From a virus: a stretch of DNA of 64,000 bases. The DNA lies in IMG/VR virus record IMGVR_UViG_3300046010_015054, positions 96,001 through 160,000 of that record; one strand, 5' to 3'. The position numbers were made by a program, and so were the translations under genes. Of the stretch, positions 30,573 through 40,348 are shown piece by piece (position 1 is the first letter of the stretch; each line of letters starts with the position of its first letter). The notes below the pieces were generated by a model that was not told the origin of the DNA, ran no database searches, and saw only the letters and a list, made by a program, of their open reading frames with translations.

Positions 30573-31181
30573 TTATAAAACGGGACAGGTCCCGTTCGCA
30601 CAAAGGATTTCAGTAAGTAATGAATTAACTTTTTGATATTTGTTAAACTTTACTTCTTCAATTCCTTCTTTAACTAAGTGCATGTATGAGCCTGGGTTAG
30701 ATGGTGTTGAAACAAAGTCCCAACAAATAAGATTAAAGTCATCTTGTACTTCCATCATACCACCTGACATAGGTTTTAGTGAACCCTCACCACGTGAAGA
30801 AACACCTACTACTACACCATTTTCAATAAGAGCTTTAAGGATATTTCCTGTTGCTGTAGGTAGGATTTCAATTTTACCCATAACTTCATCCCCATCCCAC
30901 CAAACTTCTCTAATAATGTGTGATACATTTTTAAGGTTGATAATTGAAGAATCTGGGTGGTCTAATTCACCAGTTGCTCTATTTTCTTTGACTATATCTT
31001 GATATTTGTCGATTTCTCTTTTCCAAATTTCAGGAGCATAGTATCTAGAGTTACCATTTTTAACACCAGCAGTAGCTAAAATACCCTCAACAAGAGGATT
31101 TCCAGCAGGTGTTTTAAGACCTTCAGTTAACTGAACTGGGTTAACTTTAAATAATTGGGTTTCAATTAAAACCTGTTTCAT
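30573..31181 (-). CDS. gp21: Prohead core protease, T4 gp21 family
   Basis: KNGNSRYY, GELDHP, NVSHII, GVSSRG.GS and DFVSTPS motifs. Confidence 0.95.
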   Translation of the reverse strand: MKQVLIETQLFKVNPVQLTEGLKTPAGNPLVEGILATAGVKNGNSRYYAPEIWKREIDKYQDIVKENRATGELDHPDSSIINLKNVSHIIREVWWDGDEVMGKIEILPTATGNILKALIENGVVVGVSSRGEGSLKPMSGGMMEVQDDFNLICWDFVSTPSNPGSYMHLVKEGIEEVKFNKYQKVNSLLTEILCANGTCPVL

Positions 31182-31852
31182 TTTTCTTCATTAATTTCTT
31201 TAGCGATTTCTAAGATAGATTCTTTTAAATCACCATATCCTGAAGATTTGTATTTTCCAGTTGCTTCTTTAGGAGTGCCTAAACCAGGAGCTTCGGTTTG
31301 ATATCCAATACCTTTAACACCGAATGCAGCATTTTTCATATAATAAAGACTATCTTTTGCCATGTTTTTTGCTACTATTCCTTTTAACTCGTCAACTGTC
31401 TTATCTTTATTTTTAGGATCTTTCATTTCAGCATAGTATCCTTCTAAGAAGGCTTCGCCGTAAATGTTATCAATATTTTTATAATCAGTATAATCGTATC
31501 CTGTTTCTTTATCTAAATCTTCTACTTCTTTAGAAACTTTTTTATTCTCAGCTTTAGTAGTTTGTTCATCTTTAGGTTTAGGAGCATCTACAGGATTTTC
31601 AGCTACAGAAAATTCTTCACTTAAGAAGTTGTTAAATGTATTAAATGGGTCGATTGCAGGTTTAGATACAAGACCACCAATCATAGTAGCTTCTGTAATA
31701 ATGCCTCTTTGTTTTAGGATAAGAGTAGTCTCACCAAATCCATAATGATTAGGAATTAGATTTGGGAATAATTTTTTGGCGTTTTTTAAGAACACATCTT
31801 TGTGCCCTTTGCCTTCTTTGATCAAATTATATTGATTTTGTAAACTTTTCAT
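31178..31852 (-). CDS. Hypothetical head-module protein
   Basis: 224-aa ORF coupled to the protease gene; GYYAEM..IVAKNMAKDSLYY segment. Confidence 0.6.
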   Translation of the reverse strand: MKSLQNQYNLIKEGKGHKDVFLKNAKKLFPNLIPNHYGFGETTLILKQRGIITEATMIGGLVSKPAIDPFNTFNNFLSEEFSVAENPVDAPKPKDEQTTKAENKKVSKEVEDLDKETGYDYTDYKNIDNIYGEAFLEGYYAEMKDPKNKDKTVDELKGIVAKNMAKDSLYYMKNAAFGVKGIGYQTEAPGLGTPKEATGKYKSSGYGDLKESILEIAKEINEEK

Positions 31853-32109
31853 TCTTCTGGCTTTAATATGTCCTTAATATCTTTCAAATAGTCTAAGACT
31901 AAGTCTGTTGGGGTAATAATGCTATAATTGGGACTTTTTTTATAATAAGCTAAAGTCTTTTTTTGAGCATCGCGTAACATAGGTTTTAATTCACTCATTT
32001 GCTTTTCAATTTCTTGAAACGCTAAAATTCTTTTTTTAATAAAGTCTTTTTTACCTTGGTCGGCATTAAGACCATTTAAATACTTATCTAAAGAATTAAC
32101 ACCTTCCAT
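31849..32109 (-). CDS. Hypothetical protein
   Basis: ORF in the head operon; likely start 32109, downstream of the promoter variant at 32114-32121. Confidence 0.55.
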   Translation of the reverse strand: MEGVNSLDKYLNGLNADQGKKDFIKKRILAFQEIEKQMSELKPMLRDAQKKTLAYYKKSPNYSIITPTDLVLDYLKDIKDILKPEE

Positions 32110-32111
32110 AA

Positions 32112-32429
32112 TTATACATATTTGGTTCCCCAAAGATACTTAGTGTCTATGGCTTTTGATTGAGCTGCTAATTTTTTAGGATTTACTAATTTGTATTTCC
32201 AAGCTTTAACGTAATAATTGTCTGTAACTCCTTTGGGTCCTGCTTTAGGACCAGGTCCTAATGTTGCACCTGGATCAGCTTCTGGAAGGGGTTGTTTTTT
32301 AGTTTTCTTAAATGCAAATGGAGTAGCATATTGAGCACCTGTACCAGGTGTAAAAGAAGCAGACCCCATTGTTCCTGAGGTCTCGTCTACTTTCTTAGCT
32401 AATTTGTATTTATAGTGTTGATTTGCCAT
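32112..32429 (-). CDS. Hypothetical head-module protein
   Basis: 105-aa ORF with GAQYATPFAF motif, overlapping both neighbours. Confidence 0.6.
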   Translation of the reverse strand: MANQHYKYKLAKKVDETSGTMGSASFTPGTGAQYATPFAFKKTKKQPLPEADPGATLGPGPKAGPKGVTDNYYVKAWKYKLVNPKKLAAQSKAIDTKYLWGTKYV

Positions 32430-33279
32430 TTATACTTCTAAATTCTTCTAAGAGTTCAGCATACATTAGAAGGTTAGTTATATCTTCATTAGTAATAGGA
32501 GTAGGTTTTTCAATCTCCTTAATTAAAGATAAAACTTCTTCAAGTTTAATAGCGACAACTTTATTATCAACTCCTTTTAAGATAGTATTGAGTTCTTCTT
32601 TAATTAAATTTACTCTTTCGTTATAGAAAGTTTTTAATTTAGACGTAGACTCAACTGAAGTGATAAATTCTTTTAGAATTTCTTTTTGGCTGGGATAGAG
32701 GTTGGCGTATTTACCATTGAATTTTTCAAGCATTAATTTGTATGCTAAAATTCTAACGTCTTGATCCTGATTTTTAAATTCCTCTAGGATATCATTTGTT
32801 ACTTTTTCTTCTGAAATAGGTGAAGAACTAAGATATTCTAAAAGAGTTATTTTATTGTTTACAATTAACTCAGGATTTATGAATTCTGAGGAATTGGTAA
32901 TTTCTAATAGATTATAGAAAGAGGCAAATGCTTTGTAATTAGGAATTTTATATTTAAAAAATTCTTCTAAGTTATAATGTTTTTTAATCTCATTAATAAG
33001 ATTATATTTTTCTCTTCTAAGAATACTTCTATTTAATTTAACTGAACTTTCAAGTAAAGTGTTAACTAACATATTAGCTTGAGACTCATGTAATTGAGTG
33101 TTTTTATTTAAAGCTTCGTATAATTTTAATTCTTTACCTAATTCACTTTTAGCAAAAAAAGTCTTAATGATATTAAGCGCTTGAGAATTTGCACCATTTA
33201 GGGTATCTGCTGTTACTTGTCTTACAAGTAACTCAAATAGGATACCGGTATTCTTATATTTTGAATGTTTAATATTCAT
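32410..33279 (-). CDS. Hypothetical helical protein immediately downstream of the portal gene (prohead assembly candidate)
   Basis: 289-aa ORF starting MNIKHSKYKNTGILFELLVRQ, with its own ATATTTAT motif. Confidence 0.65.
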   Translation of the reverse strand: MNIKHSKYKNTGILFELLVRQVTADTLNGANSQALNIIKTFFAKSELGKELKLYEALNKNTQLHESQANMLVNTLLESSVKLNRSILRREKYNLINEIKKHYNLEEFFKYKIPNYKAFASFYNLLEITNSSEFINPELIVNNKITLLEYLSSSPISEEKVTNDILEEFKNQDQDVRILAYKLMLEKFNGKYANLYPSQKEILKEFITSVESTSKLKTFYNERVNLIKEELNTILKGVDNKVVAIKLEEVLSLIKEIEKPTPITNEDITNLLMYAELLEEFRSINGKSTL

Positions 33280-33316
33280 TCCTAAATCAGGATTTCTTAT
33301 AAATATATCAGGATTC

Positions 33317-35209
33317 TTACTCAGTTAAATTAGATTCATCTAATAATGACTCTTTATTTTTGTCACTTTCAAACACTAATTGTTTAGATAAACTTTCAAT
33401 TAACGTTCTGTTTTTAGCGAATACTGATTTAGCATTTTCTAAGGCTAAAGGTGATCCACCTTTAAAATTAGTTCTACCAAATTCTTCTTGGTCGTCAACT
33501 TTCATTGACTTAACACCTAATCTATCCTTACCAAAATTATCATCTTGAGTATTTCTATCTGATGATTTTTCTTCAGGGCGGCCTAATGGTACTTTTTCAT
33601 CATATCCATCAGGTACTGAGTTAGCTTCATATCTTCCTTTACCATATAAAGAAGCTAAATCGTGTGGGGTACCATAAGATTTACCTGTTTCTAATGGGTC
33701 ATTACCTTCATCAGCAATTTGTTGATTACGGAAAGCACGTTTTTGGTCTTCAATAATAAGATCTCTATATTCATCGAATTGATCTTCACTGAAGTGGAAC
33801 ACATTATCGTAAATCCAATCTGTTGGAAGGATTTTACTATCTAAAATATCTTTAGCTAATGCTACTTTTTCTTTTAATAATGCAATTTTTTCCTGATCGT
33901 AAATAATTGAAGGAGTAGTTAAACTTAACTCGAAATTAGTTAATTGTTCTCCATCATATCCTTGTGTGTATAAGTGTACTAAACCAATTTTATACAATTC
34001 AGATAATACAATCTTTTGGATACGTTCAATTGTACGAGCAAATCGAATATCTTCAGCAGCTAATGTAGCTTTACCTGTCAAATCTTTCTCGTAACCCATA
34101 AACGCTTTAGGTACCTTAAGAGCAGCAAATAATTTGTCTCTTAAGTAAGCAACGTCTTCAATACCATTGTATTCTAGACCTTTTGTAGTATCGATTTTAG
34201 TTGCCGTGTCATTACCTCTTACTGGAATGAAGAAATCCTCAAGGATATTCTGCATGTTATATTTTAAGTTATATTCACCAGTATTGGGATCCATTAACGG
34301 AGTTTTCTTCATATTGTTGATTGTCTTCTGCATGAAAGCATCAACTTCTTGTGGTGGGATGTTACCTACGTTAATATAGAAAACACGTTTTTCTGGGGCG
34401 CGAGCAATTCTGTGAATAAGCATCGCATCTTCCATTAACACATATTGCTTAAATAAACGACGTGCTGGTTCTAAGTAAGAACGACCATAAGGAAGATAAT
34501 TTACATCCGTAATTAAACGAAAGTGAGCAATCTCATAATTGTCAAATTTAATTTGATTAGCCGTATCTATTTTTTCATTTGGAGTAGCATAGTAACCAGA
34601 ACCTCCAGTAAAGTAACCATCTGGGTTGTAGAGGAATTCTACTTTAGATGGGTTTTTAGGGTCAAAATTTTCTTTTCTTTGAATGTGGTAAGCAGTATAA
34701 GGAATAACATTGTATACTCCGAATTTTTCTGCAATTTCTAATTTGATAAAGAAATCACCATACTTACACATTTGACGAATCCAAGACCATAGGTTGAATT
34801 CGATATTTAAAACATCATAGAATAAATTGTATAAAGTTTTTTGAATATCTTCATCACTACTTCTAATTTGAAGTACCTCACCCATATCATTTTTTAGGGT
34901 ACATTCGTCCGCTACAATATCAAGAGCAGAAGCAATAATTGCATCTGTATCCATCTGATCGTAATCACCATATAGATAAGTTCTATAATATTGATAGTTA
35001 AGGTTAAATTGTTGTGCTAAAAGAGATGTAGCTGCGGGGTTGGTATAAATTTTACCAAATCTATCTACAACTGAGTTGGTTTGGAATTCACCTGTGGTTT
35101 GAATTCTATCTGGGTCAATAACTTTTAATTGACCATCTCCTTCACTACGAATAATAACGTCCGTAGAGAAGAGTCTTCTTAACCTTGAAAATATATCAGT
35201 TTGTGCCAT
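33317..35209 (-). CDS. gp20: Portal protein, T4 gp20 family
   Basis: MEDAMLIHRIARAPEKRVFYI.VGN, EDFFIP.RG, KLFAALKVP and EDIRFAR motifs. Confidence 0.95.
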   Translation of the reverse strand: MAQTDIFSRLRRLFSTDVIIRSEGDGQLKVIDPDRIQTTGEFQTNSVVDRFGKIYTNPAATSLLAQQFNLNYQYYRTYLYGDYDQMDTDAIIASALDIVADECTLKNDMGEVLQIRSSDEDIQKTLYNLFYDVLNIEFNLWSWIRQMCKYGDFFIKLEIAEKFGVYNVIPYTAYHIQRKENFDPKNPSKVEFLYNPDGYFTGGSGYYATPNEKIDTANQIKFDNYEIAHFRLITDVNYLPYGRSYLEPARRLFKQYVLMEDAMLIHRIARAPEKRVFYINVGNIPPQEVDAFMQKTINNMKKTPLMDPNTGEYNLKYNMQNILEDFFIPVRGNDTATKIDTTKGLEYNGIEDVAYLRDKLFAALKVPKAFMGYEKDLTGKATLAAEDIRFARTIERIQKIVLSELYKIGLVHLYTQGYDGEQLTNFELSLTTPSIIYDQEKIALLKEKVALAKDILDSKILPTDWIYDNVFHFSEDQFDEYRDLIIEDQKRAFRNQQIADEGNDPLETGKSYGTPHDLASLYGKGRYEANSVPDGYDEKVPLGRPEEKSSDRNTQDDNFGKDRLGVKSMKVDDQEEFGRTNFKGGSPLALENAKSVFAKNRTLIESLSKQLVFESDKNKESLLDESNLTE

Positions 35210-35214
35210 ATCTA

Positions 35215-35222
35215 ATAAATAT
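35215..35222 (-). promoter_or_regulatory. Putative late promoter ATATTTAT upstream of the portal gene
   Basis: Recurrent intergenic motif overlapping the upstream stop codon. Confidence 0.7.
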
Positions 35223-36790
35223 TATAACAACCATCTTAAATCCTCATTTTGCCCATTTACTTTATGGTTATAAGGATTTTCAATTTGACGGCCGTATGCG
35301 AATTGTGGTTGATCTCTTCTTTGAATGTTATTTAAAGCACTTCGAGTTAGATCTAAGTTTTGTTGTTGGAATTTAAGTGAGGTATCTCTTAAGAACATAC
35401 CAATGCCAAATGGCATTACTAAGTCATCATTATACCCTGTTTGAGCTTCGGGACGACCATTCTTCCAAACAAATACTTTCATTTCTTCAAGTAAACGCTT
35501 TGAACGAATAGTTACACTTTTATCTCCCACGAACTCTCTAAATTTATTAACTACTAATGGTCGGGTTCTCATTGACATTGTAAAACCAGGAACCATATTT
35601 GAGTCATTTTCATATGATTTAAGATACGACTCAGCTGTTAATTGATCACTCTTAGGTGAGTGATAGAGGTTTCTATATCCTCTTTCTATTACGGCTTCAA
35701 TAGTTGCCCAACCAATTGAAGCGTTTTCAATAACAAGAAGTGCGTTATTGTATTCAGTAGCAATTGCTACTAAAAGAAAACCAAATTCTCTAGTAGGTAA
35801 TTGACCCTTATATTCTGCTACTTGTATATTAGTTTCAATATCAATTACGTGGAATGTAGAAAAGTCTTTACCATCACCACGAGCAACGTCTGCTAATACC
35901 ATATAATCTCTAGAATAATCAGCAGGTTCCCAAACCCATAAATTTTGGTCTACACCTCGTCTTTCAACTGGATCTTTAATAGTAGTTTCTTTAATAAATT
36001 CTAACCACTCTGGGTAGAATACTACATCACCTGAAGTGCTAAAGTCACAGTCACATTCTTGTGCTGCTAATCTAGGGTCACCAAGTAATTCGTCTTGTCG
36101 TTTTCGCCAAGCTTCATCTCGTTCAGGGTGTACAAACCAAGGTAATTTGATAGGTAAGAAGTCGTTCTCTCCCGATTCCGCTCTCACCCATGTCTGGTGG
36201 AACCAGTTTCCAGTTCCATAAGGGGTAGAAAGTACTATTGCTCCACCACCCGTTGCTAGTGTTTGTTGTGCTGATGCCCATATTTCTCCAATTCCTTCAA
36301 TAAACGCAGCCTCGTCAATCAACAGAAGAGATACTGCTTCTGATCGACCTGCATCACTTGATGCTGAAGTTGCTTTAATTTGAGATCCGTTACTTAATCG
36401 AAGGGATAATTTATTGTTTTCGTCTGCTGTTATTTTTAACCATGAAGGTAGATTATCAAACATGAATTTTACTTTCGTAACCATGTTACGAGCAGTTTCC
36501 TGTTTAGTTGCGATACAGAGTACGTTTTTATCTTTATGGAATAACATTAACCATAAAGAATAACCTGCGGCTAAGGTTGAAATGCCTAACTGACGAGATT
36601 TAAGTACAACTGAGTATGGGTTATCTCTCCAAAGGTGTAATGCCTTTTCTTGGAAAGGATATAAATTAAAATACACCCTACCTCTTTGTGGGTGTTGAAT
36701 ATAACAATATTTACGCATAAAGTGTGCTGGGTCAGTAGCACACTTAATATATTCTTGTTGGATTATTTGTCTTAAATTACTATCACTCAT
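35222..36790 (-). CDS. gp17: Terminase large subunit, T4 gp17 family
   Basis: LYPFQ, KSRQLGIST, IDEAAFI, STPYG, QECDCDF, DVARG.G.DFS and NDDLVM motifs. Confidence 0.95.
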   Translation of the reverse strand: MSDSNLRQIIQQEYIKCATDPAHFMRKYCYIQHPQRGRVYFNLYPFQEKALHLWRDNPYSVVLKSRQLGISTLAAGYSLWLMLFHKDKNVLCIATKQETARNMVTKVKFMFDNLPSWLKITADENNKLSLRLSNGSQIKATSASSDAGRSEAVSLLLIDEAAFIEGIGEIWASAQQTLATGGGAIVLSTPYGTGNWFHQTWVRAESGENDFLPIKLPWFVHPERDEAWRKRQDELLGDPRLAAQECDCDFSTSGDVVFYPEWLEFIKETTIKDPVERRGVDQNLWVWEPADYSRDYMVLADVARGDGKDFSTFHVIDIETNIQVAEYKGQLPTREFGFLLVAIATEYNNALLVIENASIGWATIEAVIERGYRNLYHSPKSDQLTAESYLKSYENDSNMVPGFTMSMRTRPLVVNKFREFVGDKSVTIRSKRLLEEMKVFVWKNGRPEAQTGYNDDLVMPFGIGMFLRDTSLKFQQQNLDLTRSALNNIQRRDQPQFAYGRQIENPYNHKVNGQNEDLRWLL

Positions 36791-36794
36791 AGTA

Positions 36795-37187
36795 TTATAG
36801 TTGAAGTATAGAGAACATTGTTACAACTCCACTTCCAAATCCTATCATAGTCCCATTCCAAAACTTTGCTTTTTTAGCTTGTTTTAAAGCTTTGATTTCG
36901 CTTTCTTTTAATTTTATAATCTCACCTAAAGTAGTTATTTCAACTTCTTTATTTTGAATAAGATTACTTAAATTTTCTATTTGTTCTATTTGTAACTTTA
37001 CTTTAGTTTCAGTAGCAAATAATTTTTCTTGACTATATTGGAGTTCAAGTTTACAATCGTTATATTTTGTAATAGCATTAACAATTGTTGAGCGAGGAAC
37101 TGAGATTAGGTCAGTTGAAGAGTTCTGTGAAAGTGCTGGAAAGCTCAGTATCAGACATAGCATTAAGCTTAGCAGTGTTCTTAGCAT
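36795..37187 (-). CDS. Secreted coiled-coil protein with hydrophobic C-terminus (spanin-like partner candidate)
   Basis: Signal peptide ...FPALS|Q, a coiled coil and a C-terminal hydrophobic stretch; overlaps the upstream gene by 77 nt. Confidence 0.45.
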   Translation of the reverse strand: MLRTLLSLMLCLILSFPALSQNSSTDLISVPRSTIVNAITKYNDCKLELQYSQEKLFATETKVKLQIEQIENLSNLIQNKEVEITTLGEIIKLKESEIKALKQAKKAKFWNGTMIGFGSGVVTMFSILQL

Positions 37188-37461
37188 TTTGTTTCTTTAA
37201 TTTAATTAATTCGGCTTCTTTTTTTGTAATATCTTTATTTATTTGAGCTATTCTATCTTTTATACGATCATTTAATGCTAAAATAGAGTCGTTTGAACTA
37301 TGTAATTCGTCTATTTGTTGTTCGTATTTTTTTTCCTGCTCTTTAAGTAGTCTTTCGTATTCTTTTTTATACGAATTACTTAAAAATAAATGTTGAAAAA
37401 TCATAGTTAATACTAAAATAATAATAACTACAAATTGTGGATTATTTTTTATCCAATTCAT
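37111..37461 (-). CDS. Membrane-anchored coiled-coil protein (i-spanin-like candidate)
   Basis: N-terminal TM helix FVVIIILVLTMIF followed by a heptad coiled coil. Confidence 0.5.
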   Translation of the reverse strand: MNWIKNNPQFVVIIILVLTMIFQHLFLSNSYKKEYERLLKEQEKKYEQQIDELHSSNDSILALNDRIKDRIAQINKDITKKEAELIKLKKQNAKNTAKLNAMSDTELSSTFTELFN

Positions 37462-37483
37462 TAGTGTGTTTTCTTTATAAATA

Positions 37484-38014
37484 TTACAAAGAAAGCGCCT
37501 TCTTCACCTGCTTTATTCGTTCTTCAGTATCACCTTTAATTTCACAATAATTTTTTATTCTGTGTTTATACTTAGATATAGTACTTTGAATAATAAAATT
37601 AATTAAGTTTCTATATTCAAGATCAGTTTCTCGAACACCATTATCCTCCATTTCTACTCCTTCGGGTGATACATAAAATATATAATCGTATTCTGGGAGT
37701 AAATTAGCAGCTAGATTAGCAAAATCTTCAGCATCATTATAATTTATTGATTTAGCTGCTCGTGCAAATGAGATAATATCAATAATAGTACGATCTGTAA
37801 TAATGTTATCGTGCATTAATTCACTAGCACGTTCTGCTAGGAACACACATTGACCCTTTAATGTGGAATCTGTATTTAAAGGGATTCCCATCTCCATTAA
37901 GTATTTAGAACGTTCAGTTCTAAACATATAATCCTTAAATTCCGGTAACTCTTTTAATGCATTTACAAGTGTAGTTTTACCTACACTCATAGTACCACAA
38001 AAACCTATTTTCAT
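37484..38014 (-). CDS. P-loop nucleoside/nucleotide kinase-like ATPase (AAA_28/NadR-type)
   Basis: GTMSVGKTT, ITDRT.ID, YDYIFY and EDNGVRETD motifs. Confidence 0.8.
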   Translation of the reverse strand: MKIGFCGTMSVGKTTLVNALKELPEFKDYMFRTERSKYLMEMGIPLNTDSTLKGQCVFLAERASELMHDNIITDRTIIDIISFARAAKSINYNDAEDFANLAANLLPEYDYIFYVSPEGVEMEDNGVRETDLEYRNLINFIIQSTISKYKHRIKNYCEIKGDTEERIKQVKKALSL

Positions 38015-38391
38015 TGACTATCTCCTTTAAATACTCTATAACTATCTTCTTCGTAATGTTTAGTGGATACCTCAAAAATTGTCGCACCTTGAGTAAGTGC
38101 TTTTAATTGGTGAGGTTGTCCAATCTCTAAATCTACAACATCTCCTTGAGAGATAATAGTTGATTGTACTGAGGCTTTTTCAGTGTCAATCCAGCTATAT
38201 TCAAATTCTCCTTCAGCTACGTACCATGATTCTTCTTTAATCAAATGGTAGTGCATTGAAAATTTTTTACCTTTTTCAAATACAAGTAGCTTACCACAAT
38301 ATGCTTCGTGATTAACAATCCAAAGCTCGTGTCCCCAAGCTTTCTTGTGAATATCTCCTTTACGTGGAATTGGTTGATATTTGTGACCCAT
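38011..38391 (-). CDS. Cupin, sugar-isomerase-like
   Basis: K.WG.E, SMHYH..KEESWYV and GQPHQL cupin motifs. Confidence 0.8.
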   Translation of the reverse strand: MGHKYQPIPRKGDIHKKAWGHELWIVNHEAYCGKLLVFEKGKKFSMHYHLIKEESWYVAEGEFEYSWIDTEKASVQSTIISQGDVVDLEIGQPHQLKALTQGATIFEVSTKHYEEDSYRVFKGDSQ

Positions 38392-38663
38392 TAAAATCTT
38401 GTAGTTCCTTTCATTGAAGCATTTTTATACCAAGGTAAGCCTTCTCTATCTTTGCGTGCTTGGCTCCATTCTTCAAGGGTTAATTGTTTCCCGTATAAAT
38501 AATATTCTTTCTTAAGCTCACTTTCTTCTCCTTCAATAGGTTGAACTGCAGGCCCTTCCCAGTTATGATATTTCCAAGCTTCGCTTCCGCTTTCTCTAAA
38601 GAAGTAGTGATGTGCTCCTTTAGATTTCATTCTTTTTTCTTCGTAAATTGTTTCTTTTTTCAT
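38391..38663 (-). CDS. Hypothetical protein
   Basis: 90-aa ORF with HNWEGPA..EYYLYG motif, coupled to both neighbours. Confidence 0.6.
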   Translation of the reverse strand: MKKETIYEEKRMKSKGAHHYFFRESGSEAWKYHNWEGPAVQPIEGEESELKKEYYLYGKQLTLEEWSQARKDREGLPWYKNASMKGTTRF

Positions 38664-40024
38664 ACGTAATGGCTAATAAATTCTGGGTATTCTTTGTCTC
38701 TAAGATAATAAGAGAGAATGTCTTCGGCAACATAAATTGCTTGAGCTCCTGATACTGTAATACCACGAGCACTTAATGCATCACCTACAAAGTGTACATT
38801 TGAGAACTTGGTAAGAGACAAGTTGCGGTAGTTTACAAGTGGTTCAGGAGATAGATATTTTACTTCAGGAATGTAAATACCCCAATCATCTTCTAATGTT
38901 GGGAATACTTTTTTCATATCCTCGATAAAGTCCATAATGTAAGTCCAATACTCACCCATTACATGTTCTACTCCACTTAAAAATTCAATTTGATAAGCAG
39001 ATACTCCATTACCTTCTGAGGTAGTTGAAGGAACTCGAGTAGGTGAATAATACAAACCAGTACCATTAAACTGGAGCTTGTTTACAACATCACGCGACCA
39101 AGCAAATGGATCTTCAATACCATTAATTTCCATCAAGATACCAAAATTGGTCATATCGTTTCGGTAACGCATGTCTTTTTTAGCGTGACCATTGTAGCTG
39201 TGATCACCATATGTTTCTTCTACAGCAACATAAGCTGCGTTATTGTTTGTACAGAATGAGCGAAGCGAAACACCTTTATCTTCAAATTTGCGATACAACT
39301 TAAAGTCGTATGAAATGTCGATTAGTTTTTGGAAGTGTTTTTGTGGTGCTTCAAATCGAACTCCAATCTGGACTGATTTGGGTTCGTCTGGTAATTCGTA
39401 TTGGTGGGCTAGCTCTTGAGCAAAGTCAATACCTGATTTACCTACTGCAAAAATAAGTTCATCGTAAAAAATGGAATCATTATCCATAGTTGCAAATTCA
39501 GGTTTAACCGAATGCATTACAACCTCGTTGTGTCTAAAATTGATACTGGTTACTTTAGTTTCCCATTTAAACTCTACTCCTTTAGACACTAAATAATCGT
39601 ACCAGTTTTTAGCGATTTCAGATAGATAATCTGTACCTACGTGCCAAACGGGAAACAATCGTAAACCGAAATATGGTTTAATAAATTCTGGTTCTGATTC
39701 TGGGTTTGAACACTGTACTTCCTCTGGTTTAGGATGGAAACGCTTAAAATTGGTGATGACTTGATCCATCAATTCCATTGCTTTTTCCTCACCACAATAC
39801 TTAGACAATTGACCTCCAATTGCTGTGTGATAAGTTAGTTTACCATCAGACCAACCACCTGCACCCAAGAAACCAGTCATTACTTCTTCTGGTTTGCGAT
39901 TGTATGGGTCTTTACCCATATCAATGATTGTGATTAGTTCACCAGGATAACCTTTGTCTACAAGCTTAGTAGCAGCATTCACTCCTGCTACACCTGCACC
40001 TACGATTACAATTTGTTTTTCCAT
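38660..40024 (-). CDS. FAD-dependent oxidoreductase (uncharacterised dehydrogenase family)
   Basis: IVGAGVAG, GAG.WSDGKL, IGVRFE, RSFC.N, NGH, TNFGIL and VGD..RGI motifs. Confidence 0.88.
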   Translation of the reverse strand: MEKQIVIVGAGVAGVNAATKLVDKGYPGELITIIDMGKDPYNRKPEEVMTGFLGAGGWSDGKLTYHTAIGGQLSKYCGEEKAMELMDQVITNFKRFHPKPEEVQCSNPESEPEFIKPYFGLRLFPVWHVGTDYLSEIAKNWYDYLVSKGVEFKWETKVTSINFRHNEVVMHSVKPEFATMDNDSIFYDELIFAVGKSGIDFAQELAHQYELPDEPKSVQIGVRFEAPQKHFQKLIDISYDFKLYRKFEDKGVSLRSFCTNNNAAYVAVEETYGDHSYNGHAKKDMRYRNDMTNFGILMEINGIEDPFAWSRDVVNKLQFNGTGLYYSPTRVPSTTSEGNGVSAYQIEFLSGVEHVMGEYWTYIMDFIEDMKKVFPTLEDDWGIYIPEVKYLSPEPLVNYRNLSLTKFSNVHFVGDALSARGITVSGAQAIYVAEDILSYYLRDKEYPEFISHYV

Positions 40025-40042
40025 ATTTTTACTTATTACACA

Positions 40043-40073
40043 TTAAGATAATAAAAAAAGCCGTAGCCTCAAA
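40043..40073 (-). promoter_or_regulatory. Bacteroidota-type promoter candidate (TTTG-N19-TATCTTAA)
   Basis: Directly upstream of the oxidoreductase gene, with the same spacing as the other sites. Confidence 0.55.
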
Positions 40074-40088
40074 ATTGAGGCCACAGCT
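40053..40088 (-). terminator. Intrinsic terminator overlapping the promoter
   Basis: Minus strand AGCTGTGGCCTCAA-TT-TTGAGGCTACGGCT followed by a T-run; G-U pairs work only in this orientation. Confidence 0.7.
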
Positions 40089-40140
40089 CTCTAAAAAAAT
40101 TTTAAAAAATTTTCGACGGGCTATGAATCCGTCTGTAAGT

Positions 40141-40260
40141 TTATTTACTTAATTTACTTAAGATTGCCTGATTTTCGGCTATTCTTTTTGCAAATTTAAG
40201 TTGTGTTTTTTTATTAACCGGCTTTTTGCCTTTTATTCTTTTTGCTTCTGATTTTGCCAT
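40141..40260 (-). CDS. Small basic protein (39 aa)
   Basis: Hand translation MAKSEAKRIKGKKPVNKKTQLKFAKRIAENQAILSKLSK; below the track's size cutoff. Confidence 0.5.
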   Translation of the reverse strand: MAKSEAKRIKGKKPVNKKTQLKFAKRIAENQAILSKLSK

Positions 40261-40348
40261 TTTTCCTGATTGTATAATACACACCTGCTCCGAAGTGAAA
40301 AGTAAGATAAATTATAAAAAAAGATATTATAATTACCTGCTCATTCAT
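40214..40348 (-). CDS. Small single-TM protein (44 aa)
   Basis: Hand translation MNEQVIIISFFIIYLTFHFGAGVYYTIRKNGKIRSKKNKRQKAG; starts immediately after the upstream TAA. Confidence 0.4.
   Translation of the reverse strand: MNEQVIIISFFIIYLTFHFGAGVYYTIRKNGKIRSKKNKRQKAG

Noticed and set aside
27374-36790. Introns or inteins in the capsid, portal or terminase genes
   Set aside because: The ORFs are continuous and of ordinary size, with no intein motifs seen.
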